Counted from the stretch's first letter, positions 1-10,286 are shown. The stretch: DNA of 64,000 bases from an uncultured Bdellovibrio sp. (GCA_963932905.1 CAWVRN010000002.1:224001-288000); one strand, 5' to 3'. The notes: generated from the letters alone by a model not told the origin. A program made the numbers and translations.

Positions 1-55
1 TAATATGAAGGGCTTCAAAGTGTTTTAGTAAACAGGGTCACTAATTATACAAATG

Positions 56-85
56 AAAAAGCCACCTTGCGGTGGCTTTTTTTTT
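56..85. terminator. Bidirectional intrinsic terminator downstream of the DEAD-box helicase
   Basis: AAAAA-GCCACC-ttgc-GGTGGC-TTTTTTTTT, 3 bp beyond the helicase stop codon. Confidence 0.85.
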
Positions 86-88
86 AAC

Positions 89-1867
89 TTATTCAAAAGT
101 TCTAGTTCGTCTTTGTGTTGGTGCTGCTGAATCGCCTCGGCGTGGAGGTGGCATTGAACCACCGCTACGAGGACGACGACTGTAGCCGCCTCTTTCACCG
201 CCGCGTGCTTCACTGCGCTCGCCGCGACCCTCAGTGCGTTCAGCACGTTCTGGGCGATCACCACCGCGATCATCGCGATCACGGAATGATGTTGGCGCTT
301 CTTCACCGCGTTTAGCGAAACGGTCTTTGGCAAAATGAATGGCTGTTGAACGTTCACGACGACGGTCACCGCGCATAAAGCTTGGACGTGAATCGGTACG
401 AGGGCCACGACTACCATACCCGCCAGCTTTGAAGTTTGGATCCATTTCGCGAGGAATACGACCATTCAAGAAATCAAATGGCACTTCATAATCAGATGCC
501 GACGCATCGACTTTAGAAGCCAAGAATTTAAAGATTAATTCTTCTTTAGTTAATTCATTCAATGCTTGGAATTCAGACGTAGCTTTGAAATTTTCTTTCA
601 AAGTTGGAGTCAATCCACCCGCTTTTAAATTTAAAACAGCTTCACTGGCTGACTTTAATTTGTGATTTAAAACTTCAGATAACGTTGGGATGTTACCTTT
701 GATCAAGTTAGCTTTAGTTTTCTGTTGAACTGTTTTTAGTAAAGACAATTCACGCGGAGAAACAAGAGTATAAGAGAAACCTGTTTTACCGTTACGGCCA
801 GTACGACCAATACGGTGAACATAAGATTCAACATCCCATGGTAAATGGAAATTCACTACGTGTGTTAAATCAGGAATATCTAAACCACGAGCGGCAACGT
901 CAGTTGCCACGATAACTTTAACTTCTTGGCTCTTGAAACGTTTTAAAGTCCACTCGCGCTCTTTTTGGCTCTTATCACCATGAAGAGATTCAACATGGTA
1001 ACCACGTTTGTTTAGCTCTTGTTCGATCTGAGCACATTTGATTTTAGTTTCGCAGAAAATGATTCCGTAGAAATCATTTAAAGCATCTAACAAGTGAGTT
1101 AACGCTTTTAATTTCAAATCTTCTTTTACCGTGAAGTAAAGCTGAGTGATTTGCTCTGATAAGTTACCTTTTCTTTGAACTTCAACCATTGTTGGATCAT
1201 TCAAATATAAGCTAGTGATCTTTTTGATCGCTGGGCTCATCGTTGCAGAGAATAACCAAGTTTTGCAACCCGCGCGACGTTGTTTGCCACGTGGTTGATC
1301 TTCGTCTTGATCAGCATCATCTTTAGATGCTGATTTTTTCTCGGCATGAGTTTGCGCCAAGATTTCTTCTAAAGAATCACGGAAACCCATAGAGATCATT
1401 TCATCCGCTTCATCCAAAACCAAAGTCTTTAATTCGCGAATGTGGAATACACCTTGATCAAGCAAATCGATCAAACGACCTGGGGTCGCTACGATAACGT
1501 GCGCGCCACGACGTACATCTTCGATTTGTGTGCGATAGCTAGCACCACCGTAGATCGCTGCTACTTTCATTTTTTTGAATGATGAAAGCGTTTTTAATTG
1601 CTCAACGATTTGTAATGCTAATTCACGTGTTGGACTTAGGATCAAAGCTTGTGGAACTTTTTTCGCCATATCCAAATGCTCGATCATTGGTAGACCGAAT
1701 GCGGCTGTTTTACCAGTGCCTGTAGCGGCTAAACCGATAAAATCGCCTTCATGTTTTAATAATATTGGGATTGCTTTTGTTTGAATTTCTGTCGGAGCGA
1801 CGAAACCAATGCCTTCCAAATGTTTGATTAGCTCAGGCGATAAGCCTAAGTCTTCGAACGAACTCAT
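89..1867 (-). CDS. DEAD-box ATP-dependent RNA helicase (DeaD/CshA-like) with RG-rich C-terminal tail
   Basis: Q motif, AATGTGKT, PTRELA, TPGRL, DEAD, SAT, ARGLD, HRIGRTGR; ATG at 1867 with GAGG upstream preferred over the track start at 1885. Confidence 0.93.
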   Translation of the reverse strand: MSSFEDLGLSPELIKHLEGIGFVAPTEIQTKAIPILLKHEGDFIGLAATGTGKTAAFGLPMIEHLDMAKKVPQALILSPTRELALQIVEQLKTLSSFKKMKVAAIYGGASYRTQIEDVRRGAHVIVATPGRLIDLLDQGVFHIRELKTLVLDEADEMISMGFRDSLEEILAQTHAEKKSASKDDADQDEDQPRGKQRRAGCKTWLFSATMSPAIKKITSLYLNDPTMVEVQRKGNLSEQITQLYFTVKEDLKLKALTHLLDALNDFYGIIFCETKIKCAQIEQELNKRGYHVESLHGDKSQKEREWTLKRFKSQEVKVIVATDVAARGLDIPDLTHVVNFHLPWDVESYVHRIGRTGRNGKTGFSYTLVSPRELSLLKTVQQKTKANLIKGNIPTLSEVLNHKLKSASEAVLNLKAGGLTPTLKENFKATSEFQALNELTKEELIFKFLASKVDASASDYEVPFDFLNGRIPREMDPNFKAGGYGSRGPRTDSRPSFMRGDRRRERSTAIHFAKDRFAKRGEEAPTSFRDRDDRGGDRPERAERTEGRGERSEARGGERGGYSRRPRSGGSMPPPRRGDSAAPTQRRTRTFE

Positions 1868-1982
1868 AGTACCTCTTTCGAACAAGTCGCAACTTGTTCT
1901 TATGTGCTAGAGGGCATCTGAGTCGGCTTCACTATGTCACGTTTTCAAACGCTCTCTTTAATTAGTAGAGCGCAATCTACAG

Positions 1983-2009
1983 TAATAATTGGGAAATTCC
2001 CAGTTATTA
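1983..2009. repeat. Imperfect 13-bp inverted repeat (hairpin) between the TorF-like gene and the helicase
   Basis: TAATAATTGGGAA-a-TTCCCAGTTATTA. Confidence 0.55.
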
Positions 2010-2055
2010 AATTACTTTGTCTTTTTTATCGGGTAAAAATGAGAAAAAACAGTCT

Positions 2056-2778
2056 TTAAAAGCCAAAACCGACGCTAAAAATGCCGAAAACATCGCCGGC
2101 GCCATTGAATTGGCTAGGGGTAGACGTCGCTGTAACAGTAAATTTGTAGGTCAAATTGTTCGATTTACCCGCAATAGCAGTCATTAAATCAAAGTAATTT
2201 TGTAAGTTTTCCACGCTTAGGACCGTGTAACCCAGTTGATTTTCCCATGTGAAATCGGTGCTAATCTTGAACGATTTGTTAAAGGCAAAGTATTTGGACT
2301 TGGTTTCAGTGCCTTCCCAATTGGATTCAAGTTCATGAATGATCAGGTAATCAAATACGTTCAATTGCAAAGTCGTCGTATTACCGTCGCGAATACGGCT
2401 TTTGTAATACTGATTCATCGAATAGCCGATGGTCAAATTGACGTCTTTGTTGAATTCTAGTTTAAGCTCCACAGGAATTTTAATCAGAATGTGATTATCA
2501 AGCCCTTCATAGCTAACGTTAGATCCCCATAATCCAATTCGAAATTGAGGACCAATCGCCATGTACAGTGACGTTTGTAAACTGGGGTCTTTGTTCGTTT
2601 GACTTAATCCGTGCTGAACAAAGTGCGAAAGCATTGTGGCTTTGCCTTCGGTTTGGTAATTCGATTTTTGATCCCGACTAGATTGCGCAAGGACAGACTG
2701 TGAAGACAGAAATATAGCAAATAGTACTAGAGTTAAAACATTGAAAGTGCTATGGATAGTCCGCATAGAAAGGTTCAT
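2056..2778 (-). CDS. TorF/Gcw_chp-like putative outer-membrane porin
   Basis: Signal peptide; HGLSQTNKDPSLQ resembles the RGISQT..PAIQ family motif; GLWGSNV; C-terminal Phe. Confidence 0.65.
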   Translation of the reverse strand: MNLSMRTIHSTFNVLTLVLFAIFLSSQSVLAQSSRDQKSNYQTEGKATMLSHFVQHGLSQTNKDPSLQTSLYMAIGPQFRIGLWGSNVSYEGLDNHILIKIPVELKLEFNKDVNLTIGYSMNQYYKSRIRDGNTTTLQLNVFDYLIIHELESNWEGTETKSKYFAFNKSFKISTDFTWENQLGYTVLSVENLQNYFDLMTAIAGKSNNLTYKFTVTATSTPSQFNGAGDVFGIFSVGFGF

Positions 2779-2820
2779 GGCTTAATTATTTATCAAAATA
2801 GTCGAGTTTAAAAGAGAAAA

Positions 2821-3738
2821 ATGAACAAACAGAACAACAATTCATCAGATACTCAGACCATAGTACCTAACGCTTCATCAACAAGCGGGCTAGATACTCA
2901 AACCGCACTGAAAACTAAAATTTCGGATCTAACTTTTGTTGCATTTGATACAGAAACCTCTGGTGCATTTCCCATCAAAGAAGACATCGTTGAATTTGGT
3001 GCAGTCAAATGGCAGGGTGGGAAAGAAATCGATCGAATTGAATTTTTATTCAAGCCTCGTCGTCCAATGAGTGACTTCATCATCGGTATCCATGGTATCA
3101 CTAATGAAATGGTGGCTGATGCACCAATGATTGGAACAAATCTTCAAGAAATTAAGACGTTTATGTCGGAAGCGATTCCTGTGGCCCATCATGCTCCGTT
3201 TGACATGGGATTTTTGTCTGTTGAGTTTGAACGAGCACGAATGAAGTCACTTCATCTGCCTGTGGTATGTACTAGCTTGCTTTCTAGAAAGTTAATTCCC
3301 GAAACCACCGATCATAAGTTGCAAACACTTGTGAAGCATTTTCAGTTTAACAGTTTAGCAGCCCATCGTGCGTATGAAGATGCTAGATCCTGCATGATGG
3401 TCTTTAATAAATGTGTGGAACGTATGAGCCCAAACGCCACCTTGGAAGATATTGTGTCAGCTCAAGGAAAACGTTTAGTTTGGGACAATTTCTTTTTATT
3501 GAATCACAAAAATACAAATGTGCAAACGTTGATTCAGGCGGTAGAGACCGACAAGATGGTTCTTCTTCGTTATTCGAAGGGAGAAAAAAAGAATGAAACT
3601 CGTAAACTGATTCCTCAAGGTGTTGTCCGGTCTCCAGATGGGGATTACCTTCAGGCGATAGATCCCGAAGACAAAGAACAAAAATCAAAACGATATAAAT
3701 TAGAATATATCTCGGACGTTCAAATCGAGTATCTATAG
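2821..3738 (+). CDS. DEDDh 3'-5' exonuclease (DnaQ-like) with C-terminal WYL-like domain
   Basis: FDTETSG (ExoI), HHAPFD (ExoII), HRAYEDA (ExoIII); C-terminal LRY..R.L.P..YL.A..KRYKLEYI pattern is WYL-like. Confidence 0.8.
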   Translation: MNKQNNNSSDTQTIVPNASSTSGLDTQTALKTKISDLTFVAFDTETSGAFPIKEDIVEFGAVKWQGGKEIDRIEFLFKPRRPMSDFIIGIHGITNEMVADAPMIGTNLQEIKTFMSEAIPVAHHAPFDMGFLSVEFERARMKSLHLPVVCTSLLSRKLIPETTDHKLQTLVKHFQFNSLAAHRAYEDARSCMMVFNKCVERMSPNATLEDIVSAQGKRLVWDNFFLLNHKNTNVQTLIQAVETDKMVLLRYSKGEKKNETRKLIPQGVVRSPDGDYLQAIDPEDKEQKSKRYKLEYISDVQIEYL

Positions 3739-3740
3739 AA

Positions 3741-4034
3741 TTATTGGGGTTGAACGCGCGATCTATTAATAGTAAGTGATAATGCGCGATCACCGCCTAA
3801 AGCAAACGATCGGTTTGTGACGCTGATAGAGCCTTTGACGACCATTCCACCGCCAACTGCATTCATTTTTCCCGGAGTCATATGCAAGGTCATTGGCGAG
3901 GAAATAGACTTGGGAGTGGGACTCGCAAAATTGCCAGGTTTGGCACCCGATACGTAGTCCCGTACGAAGTTATTGCACCCGGGTAGAAAACTGAGAATAA
4001 AAATTAAAAGAGTCAGGTGTATAGCTTGTTTCAT
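3741..4034 (-). CDS. Small hypothetical lipoprotein
   Basis: From ATG 4034 (MKQAIHL), hydrophobic stretch and lipobox LPG-C. Confidence 0.6.
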   Translation of the reverse strand: MKQAIHLTLLIFILSFLPGCNNFVRDYVSGAKPGNFASPTPKSISSPMTLHMTPGKMNAVGGGMVVKGSISVTNRSFALGGDRALSLTINRSRVQPQ

Positions 4035-4095
4035 AGGATGTTTATCGGTAGATTGAATGAAAAAATTAAATCTCAATTTGAATCAATAATAGAAC

Positions 4096-6384
4096 CTAAA
4101 AGTGATAGTTCAACACAGAAAAGCCCTCGGTGTAGCCCTCGCGATAGGGTAGACTATTTTGTGGAGCCGATTTTTCAGAGCCAGCTTCCAGCAAGTGAAC
4201 ACGGTAGCCAACCCCCAACGACCAATCGGTGGTTAAGAAATAACCGACATGACCCGAGATTTCTTTTTTCTGAGTTTTATCAGATCCCAATCCATAAACA
4301 AATTCCCCGCCACCGGTCCATCGAGATGCCCATGGAAATTCAAGGGATGTTCCAAATTTCACAAGGTCGTACGAGCTAGAATACGACCCGCCAGAATTTC
4401 GGTACATTTCGAATCCAAAAAAACCAGATATTTGTAATTGCCGATCTAAGGACCAAGGGAGTTTTGTAAATATACGATAGTGATAACGACCTTCGAAATT
4501 TTTCAAAGATTTTTGCGAGTTACCGTTGTCGTTCAATCCCACAGCGCCAGACTTCATCGTTCCTTCAAAACCGTTCGATCCACGCCAATAAGTCCCGTGC
4601 AACGCTAGGCCTGAAACGATAGGGTTGGCTTCATTATTGTAAAACTGTACTGACGAAAACTGCGTCCAAACAAATGCGTTAAGAGACATTTTTGACGCAT
4701 GAAATTTTTCATTCGTTACTGTTGACGTCCTGCCTTCAACTTTCAAAGTGCTGGAATTTTCGTTGCTAGCCACAGACCGAGGTTTTTCTTTTTTCGCAAC
4801 CAAAGGTGAAAGCGGAGGCGGCGGTTTGGGGGCCACTTTGATTGCTAGAGGCAAAGAGGCCGAGCTTTGCTGGCCATATTGATTTACTGTCCACGCTTGA
4901 GCTTGATAGTTTCCTTCAGCTTCTGGAGTCCAAGTTAATTGGCTACTTTTTATTTCTTTAACAGTCAGGCCGTTCGAATCGATAATTTCTATACGAGTTT
5001 CAATTCCCTGAGAATTCCATCGCATTTGAATTTCTTCACCTAGTAGCAGACTATCATTGTTGATTTGAGCCAAAACTGGGGGGCGAGGAGGCAGGGGGCG
5101 AAATACTTTGAATTGAGATGGCTGGGACCAGTCTGATAATTCTTGAATATTACTGACCGAGCGAAAACGATAGTAATATTCGCCGGTTTTGAAAAAGTTT
5201 ATTTTTATTTGATTCGATGCTGACCAAAACAACTTGCTATTTTCTTTGGAAAAATTAGCATCTTGAGAAGCCTGTACAACAAACCCCAGCGGATTGGGCA
5301 GAGTAGATTTTAAAGTCATCGGTATCGAAACTACATCATCAACCAACGGGATCGGGCCTTCTGGGCTTTGTATCGACATCTGTATACCGTCAATGAATTT
5401 TGGTTGGACAATAAATTTATTTATGGGGCTGGTAATTTTGTCATCCACAGTCACACGCCAAAAATTTTCCCCCACAAAAACTTTTCTCATAACGATTGTT
5501 TTTTCATTTGTTATAAATTTGTCGGCATTGGTCAGTTGGTCGTTGTTAGCGAATTCAACTGTACTTGTCTGGGCTTCGGTCGTCCAACTTAGTGTCTGGT
5601 CGAAAACAACAGAAATTGTTGGAGTTGTTTTTTCAAAAATTTGTAGTTCCTCTATGCTGTACAGGTCGTAAAGCTTCCAATTGTAAGTGATAGGACTAGA
5701 AACTGGTGATAAAATCGCAGGTGGCAACGGCATAGGATCTTCTGGTATCGCAGTAGTAGGCGGTTGCTGAGCCACATTGCGAAACGGTACTGCGGCAGAC
5801 CTGGGAATTTGGACAACTTTATTTTCCTCAAGTAACACAGGTCGTTGGTTTTTCTTTTTTACTGAGGCCTTACCTCTTATCAATCGCGCCTGCGATTTTT
5901 TATTTTTGTCCATGAAAAATTGTATTTCAGAATTTTTCCCAGTGACTTCTGTGACTTCACCTTGAATGGCAATTTTAATTTTACCGTTCACTTTGAATCG
6001 AAAGTTTCCAGACTGCAAATCGGCGACTTTTATTTTATCCATCATCTTGAAAACAATTAGCGAGTTTTCGCCAACCGTGATTTGATTCTTATTTGCCAGT
6101 TCGACTTTAGCGGATGATTTTTGACCAGCAAAAATAGAATCGCCGACTTCTATAGATTGATTCAATGTTGTTGGGCGCCATACAAGTTCGTGGTGTTGTT
6201 TTAGTCGTGTGTCGTTTCCTTGGTAAGTGATTTTGCCAATGGATAAGCCTTCGGGCTTTGATTTTTTTTCAAATAGAACTTTGTCAGCGAACGGAGTGAG
6301 TAAAAAAATGCAACACAGACAGACCGCAGCGGCTGTCCAAAAAATCGCGCGCTCTTCCTTGGCGAACTTTTTGTAGAAAATCAT
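4096..6384 (-). CDS. FecR-like domain protein with Ig/Fn3-like repeats and C-terminal beta-barrel-like region
   Basis: N-terminal TM, GDSIFAG..SSAKVEL..ENSLI FecR-like motif, YYYRFRS..WS Fn3-like segment, alternating beta strands ending in YHF. Confidence 0.6.
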   Translation of the reverse strand: MIFYKKFAKEERAIFWTAAAVCLCCIFLLTPFADKVLFEKKSKPEGLSIGKITYQGNDTRLKQHHELVWRPTTLNQSIEVGDSIFAGQKSSAKVELANKNQITVGENSLIVFKMMDKIKVADLQSGNFRFKVNGKIKIAIQGEVTEVTGKNSEIQFFMDKNKKSQARLIRGKASVKKKNQRPVLLEENKVVQIPRSAAVPFRNVAQQPPTTAIPEDPMPLPPAILSPVSSPITYNWKLYDLYSIEELQIFEKTTPTISVVFDQTLSWTTEAQTSTVEFANNDQLTNADKFITNEKTIVMRKVFVGENFWRVTVDDKITSPINKFIVQPKFIDGIQMSIQSPEGPIPLVDDVVSIPMTLKSTLPNPLGFVVQASQDANFSKENSKLFWSASNQIKINFFKTGEYYYRFRSVSNIQELSDWSQPSQFKVFRPLPPRPPVLAQINNDSLLLGEEIQMRWNSQGIETRIEIIDSNGLTVKEIKSSQLTWTPEAEGNYQAQAWTVNQYGQQSSASLPLAIKVAPKPPPPLSPLVAKKEKPRSVASNENSSTLKVEGRTSTVTNEKFHASKMSLNAFVWTQFSSVQFYNNEANPIVSGLALHGTYWRGSNGFEGTMKSGAVGLNDNGNSQKSLKNFEGRYHYRIFTKLPWSLDRQLQISGFFGFEMYRNSGGSYSSSYDLVKFGTSLEFPWASRWTGGGEFVYGLGSDKTQKKEISGHVGYFLTTDWSLGVGYRVHLLEAGSEKSAPQNSLPYREGYTEGFSVLNYHF

Positions 6385-6520
6385 AACCTAGCAAATAACT
6401 CCGTTTCAAACTGATCGGATTAAACTGAGTCATTTCAAAGGCTTGTTCTTATTTTTTTTATCAAAATGTACCTCAAATCGAAATATTTGGGTGTCGGTGA
6501 AGAAATGGTTAAAAACAGTC

Positions 6521-6547
6521 TCAAGCTACTGAAAATACCGCCGAAAC
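6521..6547 (+). promoter_or_regulatory. Putative sigma28 (FliA)-type promoter of the fibre gene
   Basis: TCAAG-N14-GCCGAAAC, 7 bp before the ATG. Confidence 0.5.
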
Positions 6548-6554
6548 GTCTGGT

Positions 6555-8912
6555 ATGGATTGGAACAAAATAAGGTTTTTAAGTTGGATTTTTGTCTGTG
6601 TCTATGTGTCTGTTGGCGTTGCCACTCAAGAAGTCCCGCAAACTTTGACTTTCGATGGTCGTGCGTATGGCGATTCGGATGCTACGGTTCCGATGCTCGA
6701 TACGATATCGACGAAAATTCAAATTCTAACACCAGCTCAAGACTGCGTTTTGTATGAAGAGACTCAAAGCGTGGATACGCGTTCAACAAACGGTTACTTC
6801 ACGATTCAAATTGGGTCGGCGGTTAGCGATCCAAAGCGAACAGGTTACGATTCCAATTTGTCTATGAGTCGCATTTTTGCGAATCGTTCTGTTGTTATTT
6901 CTGGTAAGCGGGTTACGGATGGAACAGCTTGTGGCTATACTCCAGCCAGTGGCGATAGGCGATACGTTCGGGTACAAATGACTCCGTCTGCCGATGGTAT
7001 TACACGTAGCATTTCGCCGAATATGGTTTTGGATTCTGTACCGAATGCAATGGTTGCTGAAACAGTTCAAGGTTTGGCTCCGTCCGATTTTATTCAGGTA
7101 AACAATAGTGGCAGTAGTGTTTTATCCCAATCGAATTTGGAAAATATTTTTTCCTCTACTAATTATCCTAATTTAGTAAACCTTCTTTCTGTTGCGCCAA
7201 CAAATTACGTAAGAACTGGGACTAACGGAAGCGCCACACTGCCAAGCGTCTCAGGAAATCCTGCCTCTGGGTTAACCGCAGGACAAATCTGGTACGACTC
7301 TGTGGCCAACGTTATTAAATATTACGACGGATCCACAAAAACTTTGGGAACGTCTTCTGGTTTATCAAGCGTTGGTTTAACATTACCTTCGATTTTCACT
7401 GTGACGGGATCGCCTTTGACAGCGAATGGGGCCATTTCAGCGACTCTTGCGAATCAAAATGCCAATCTATTTTTTGCGGGACCTTCAAGTGGCGGTGCTG
7501 CTGCGCCCACATTTAGAGCCATCGCATCTTCGGATTTGCCAACAACGGGTGCCTCGGGGATGTTCGTAAATGGTGGTAATTCTTTCGGTGTAGCGGCAAC
7601 CATCGGAACCAATGATGCCAATACGTTTGCGATTAAAACTAACGGAACTGCTCGTATGTCTTTTGATACCAGTGGCAATGTGGGAATTGGCGCCTCAACG
7701 CCTGTAACAAAACTTGATGTCCGCGCAGCAGACAATACAACAATTGCAACGTTTGGAAATACAAGTAACCAGGCCGTTTTTGAAATTCGGTCACAAGGCG
7801 CAAGTCAAAGCCAAGCGCTTGCGTTTAAACGAGCAGATGGTGCGTATGATCAATTCGGATTTTCTCCCCCATCTGGGTCGCATTCTAATTCGATTTTTAC
7901 TTCTGCAGGAGGATATGATTTTACGGCAGACTCGCAAGGCTTCGGGGTCGCTTCAAGCTCCTCTTTTGGAGTATTCGATTTTAGTGCGGTTACGGGTTTG
8001 ACATCAAGTTCGGGAGAACATAATTTTTTCTATATCAAACCTAAGATTAATCAATCGGGTACAGCTGGGTACAATGGATTGTATGTTGATGCCACTGAAG
8101 TAACCACGGGAAGTGGAAATAAAAACATTGCAAACTTTGCGTCTGGTGGCACATCTAGAATGGTTGTTGCTTCTAATGGCAATGTAGGAATTGGTACCAC
8201 GACACCAGCTTCGGTACTTCACGTAAAAGGAGGAATCGTGTCACTTGCTGGTGCAGATCCTTTTTTTGCGGTGTCAGCGCCTTACATGGCGGCAGCTGTG
8301 TCTTCAGGTCAGTCGACAACGCCTGTTTACTCTTTTTGGTATCAGAGCGGAACCGGAATTTCTAATCCTCTAGTCAATGCGGTGGGAGTAGCGACCGGTG
8401 GTACTGAACGCATACGTGTACTAGCGTCCGGGGAAGTGGGTATTGGGACAACTACTCCTAGTGCGGGATTGGATGTTGCTACGACCGGTGCTAACAGCGC
8501 TATTGTAGTTCCAAGAGATACAACAGCCAATCGCCCGACGGGAGTCGAAGGTATGATTCGCTACAATACGACAACTGCGAACTTTGAAGGATTTCAAGGG
8601 AGCTCTTGGAAAAAACTTCCCGCTTCAAATGACGTAACGTGTGCGTCGGCCTCTGAATCAGGAGTTGCCGGGACAGGTGTGGTCTGTATTCGGACTACAG
8701 ACGGAAAAACATGTATTCAAGGTTTGGGCGCTGGGACATGGTCATGTAATACACCTACTGGATGGCCCGGCGATAGCACATGGCAATGTACGCTTAGCTA
8801 TTCTACTGGATATCTTTCGGTCTGTGTCCGTGCTAACGATGGACATACCTGCTACAGCGTCCCGGGCGGTGGGGCGTGGACATGCTCCACTCCGACAAGC
8901 TGGGGATTCTAG
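6555..8912 (+). CDS. Bdellovibrio-type fibre/adhesin (cell-surface-anchor / MAT-like) with Cys-rich C-terminal tandem repeat
   Basis: Signal peptide; N-terminal FDGR..CVLYEETQ..GYFTIQIG head; three G(N/E)VGIG..TP repeats; GQIWYD and GMIRYN segments; Gly/Ser/Thr-rich. Confidence 0.8.
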   Translation: MDWNKIRFLSWIFVCVYVSVGVATQEVPQTLTFDGRAYGDSDATVPMLDTISTKIQILTPAQDCVLYEETQSVDTRSTNGYFTIQIGSAVSDPKRTGYDSNLSMSRIFANRSVVISGKRVTDGTACGYTPASGDRRYVRVQMTPSADGITRSISPNMVLDSVPNAMVAETVQGLAPSDFIQVNNSGSSVLSQSNLENIFSSTNYPNLVNLLSVAPTNYVRTGTNGSATLPSVSGNPASGLTAGQIWYDSVANVIKYYDGSTKTLGTSSGLSSVGLTLPSIFTVTGSPLTANGAISATLANQNANLFFAGPSSGGAAAPTFRAIASSDLPTTGASGMFVNGGNSFGVAATIGTNDANTFAIKTNGTARMSFDTSGNVGIGASTPVTKLDVRAADNTTIATFGNTSNQAVFEIRSQGASQSQALAFKRADGAYDQFGFSPPSGSHSNSIFTSAGGYDFTADSQGFGVASSSSFGVFDFSAVTGLTSSSGEHNFFYIKPKINQSGTAGYNGLYVDATEVTTGSGNKNIANFASGGTSRMVVASNGNVGIGTTTPASVLHVKGGIVSLAGADPFFAVSAPYMAAAVSSGQSTTPVYSFWYQSGTGISNPLVNAVGVATGGTERIRVLASGEVGIGTTTPSAGLDVATTGANSAIVVPRDTTANRPTGVEGMIRYNTTTANFEGFQGSSWKKLPASNDVTCASASESGVAGTGVVCIRTTDGKTCIQGLGAGTWSCNTPTGWPGDSTWQCTLSYSTGYLSVCVRANDGHTCYSVPGGGAWTCSTPTSWGF

Positions 8913-10264
8913 TTCTCAACCCTCGTATTGGCGACTTCTTGGCCGCGAAATTTCTCTAGCTGAGTTAGCTTTTCAAGCTGAGAAATTTTCTCAGGGTGGA
9001 TGAACAAGATAAAACCTTTTGGTAGTAAAGCATCTACTTGGATTGATTTTCTAATGTCCGGATTTAAATCTATTAATTCTTCCTTGGAAATCAAACCCAT
9101 ATTAATTATTTTCGACGGTTTCATTCGTCGAGTTAATTTATAAGGTTGAAATTCAATGGTCGCCAATCGATCTAAGTCGGACCACAAGTCGTTCGAATAA
9201 GTTTCAACATACAATGCTGCTAAAAATTCAGAATAGAAATTCTCAGACGCAAAACTAAATTGTCGTGATTGAAAATTATTAATAATTTTAACGATGTTTT
9301 TAGTCTTCAATTTCTTAACGGCTTTCTTGATGCCGCCGGGGCCGTGATTGTAAGCCGTGATAGCCAAAGGCCACGACTTAAACATGATCATGTAGTTCTC
9401 TTTCATTAACTCCGCAGCAGCCTCCGTTGATTTTAATGGAGAACGACGTTCATCAATATGTGAATTGATAACTAGAAATTTCTTTCCGGTTCCATCCATA
9501 AACTGCCATAATCCCGCAGCGCCCACCTTGCTTGTTGCCAGTTTATTAAAGCTGCTCTCGACTAATGGTAAACGAGCTATCTCTTTAGGTAGACCGTGTT
9601 CTTGAAAAATTCTTTCCATATGAGGAAGATAACGATTGGCTACCGCTAAACCTTTAGAAAAGAAATCTTTCTGCCCCGTTTGCACCCGTACTCGTTGAGC
9701 TGCGAGTCGTACGTTTTTAACTATTGAGCCAGGTAGAGTTTGTAATTGATCCACCCACTGTTTTTCTCGCTCAGATAATTCTGGAAGATTCTTTCTGTTT
9801 AATTTTTTGGCTAATGCGCGTAATTCTGCACGAACAACGTTCAAGCGAATACGAGTTTCTTTATCTGCTTTTTCTGGATTAATCCACGGGAAGCGTTGAG
9901 GGCGCGCTAGAATTTCCGAGATATTAAAGATCTCGAAATGAATCCATGGGTAATCCATATGATGGATGATCTTATTTGTAGAATCATATTTAGAGTACAC
10001 TTCAAACCAAAAACCAACTCGTTGCTCAAGGCCTTCTGGAACAGCGAAGTCTGGATCAATTAGACTTTTTGGGTCTTTTAAAATTGTCTCTTTATCTAGA
10101 TTAGTTGAGCTTTCAGGGTTTTGAGCTGTCGGAATTGGAGTCACTTCAAATAGCGCCGTTTCGGCGTCTAGGGATGAAGAATTTTCAATGACAACCAATA
10201 AAAACAAGCCTAAAACAAGAAAAACTGCACATAGAGACTTATTCGATTTATAATTTTTTTTCAT
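8909..10264 (-). CDS. Lytic transglycosylase (MltD-like SLT domain with degenerate C-terminal LysM)
   Basis: LPLVESSF (catalytic Glu), AAGLWQFM, AYNHG; LIDLNP near the C-terminus. Confidence 0.88.
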   Translation of the reverse strand: MKKNYKSNKSLCAVFLVLGLFLLVVIENSSSLDAETALFEVTPIPTAQNPESSTNLDKETILKDPKSLIDPDFAVPEGLEQRVGFWFEVYSKYDSTNKIIHHMDYPWIHFEIFNISEILARPQRFPWINPEKADKETRIRLNVVRAELRALAKKLNRKNLPELSEREKQWVDQLQTLPGSIVKNVRLAAQRVRVQTGQKDFFSKGLAVANRYLPHMERIFQEHGLPKEIARLPLVESSFNKLATSKVGAAGLWQFMDGTGKKFLVINSHIDERRSPLKSTEAAAELMKENYMIMFKSWPLAITAYNHGPGGIKKAVKKLKTKNIVKIINNFQSRQFSFASENFYSEFLAALYVETYSNDLWSDLDRLATIEFQPYKLTRRMKPSKIINMGLISKEELIDLNPDIRKSIQVDALLPKGFILFIHPEKISQLEKLTQLEKFRGQEVANTRVEN

Positions 10265-10286
10265 GCTAAATCATAGAGCAACCAAT

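Noticed and set aside
25..465. Alternative-frame and antisense ORFs from the track (e.g. 25-465, 26582-27079, 37082-37573, 62532-62984)
   Set aside because: They overlap well-supported genes and have no recognisable motifs
6555..8912. Tail-fibre-like repeats as evidence of a prophage
   Set aside because: The protein has a signal peptide and a Bdellovibrio-type head, and there are no phage genes nearby
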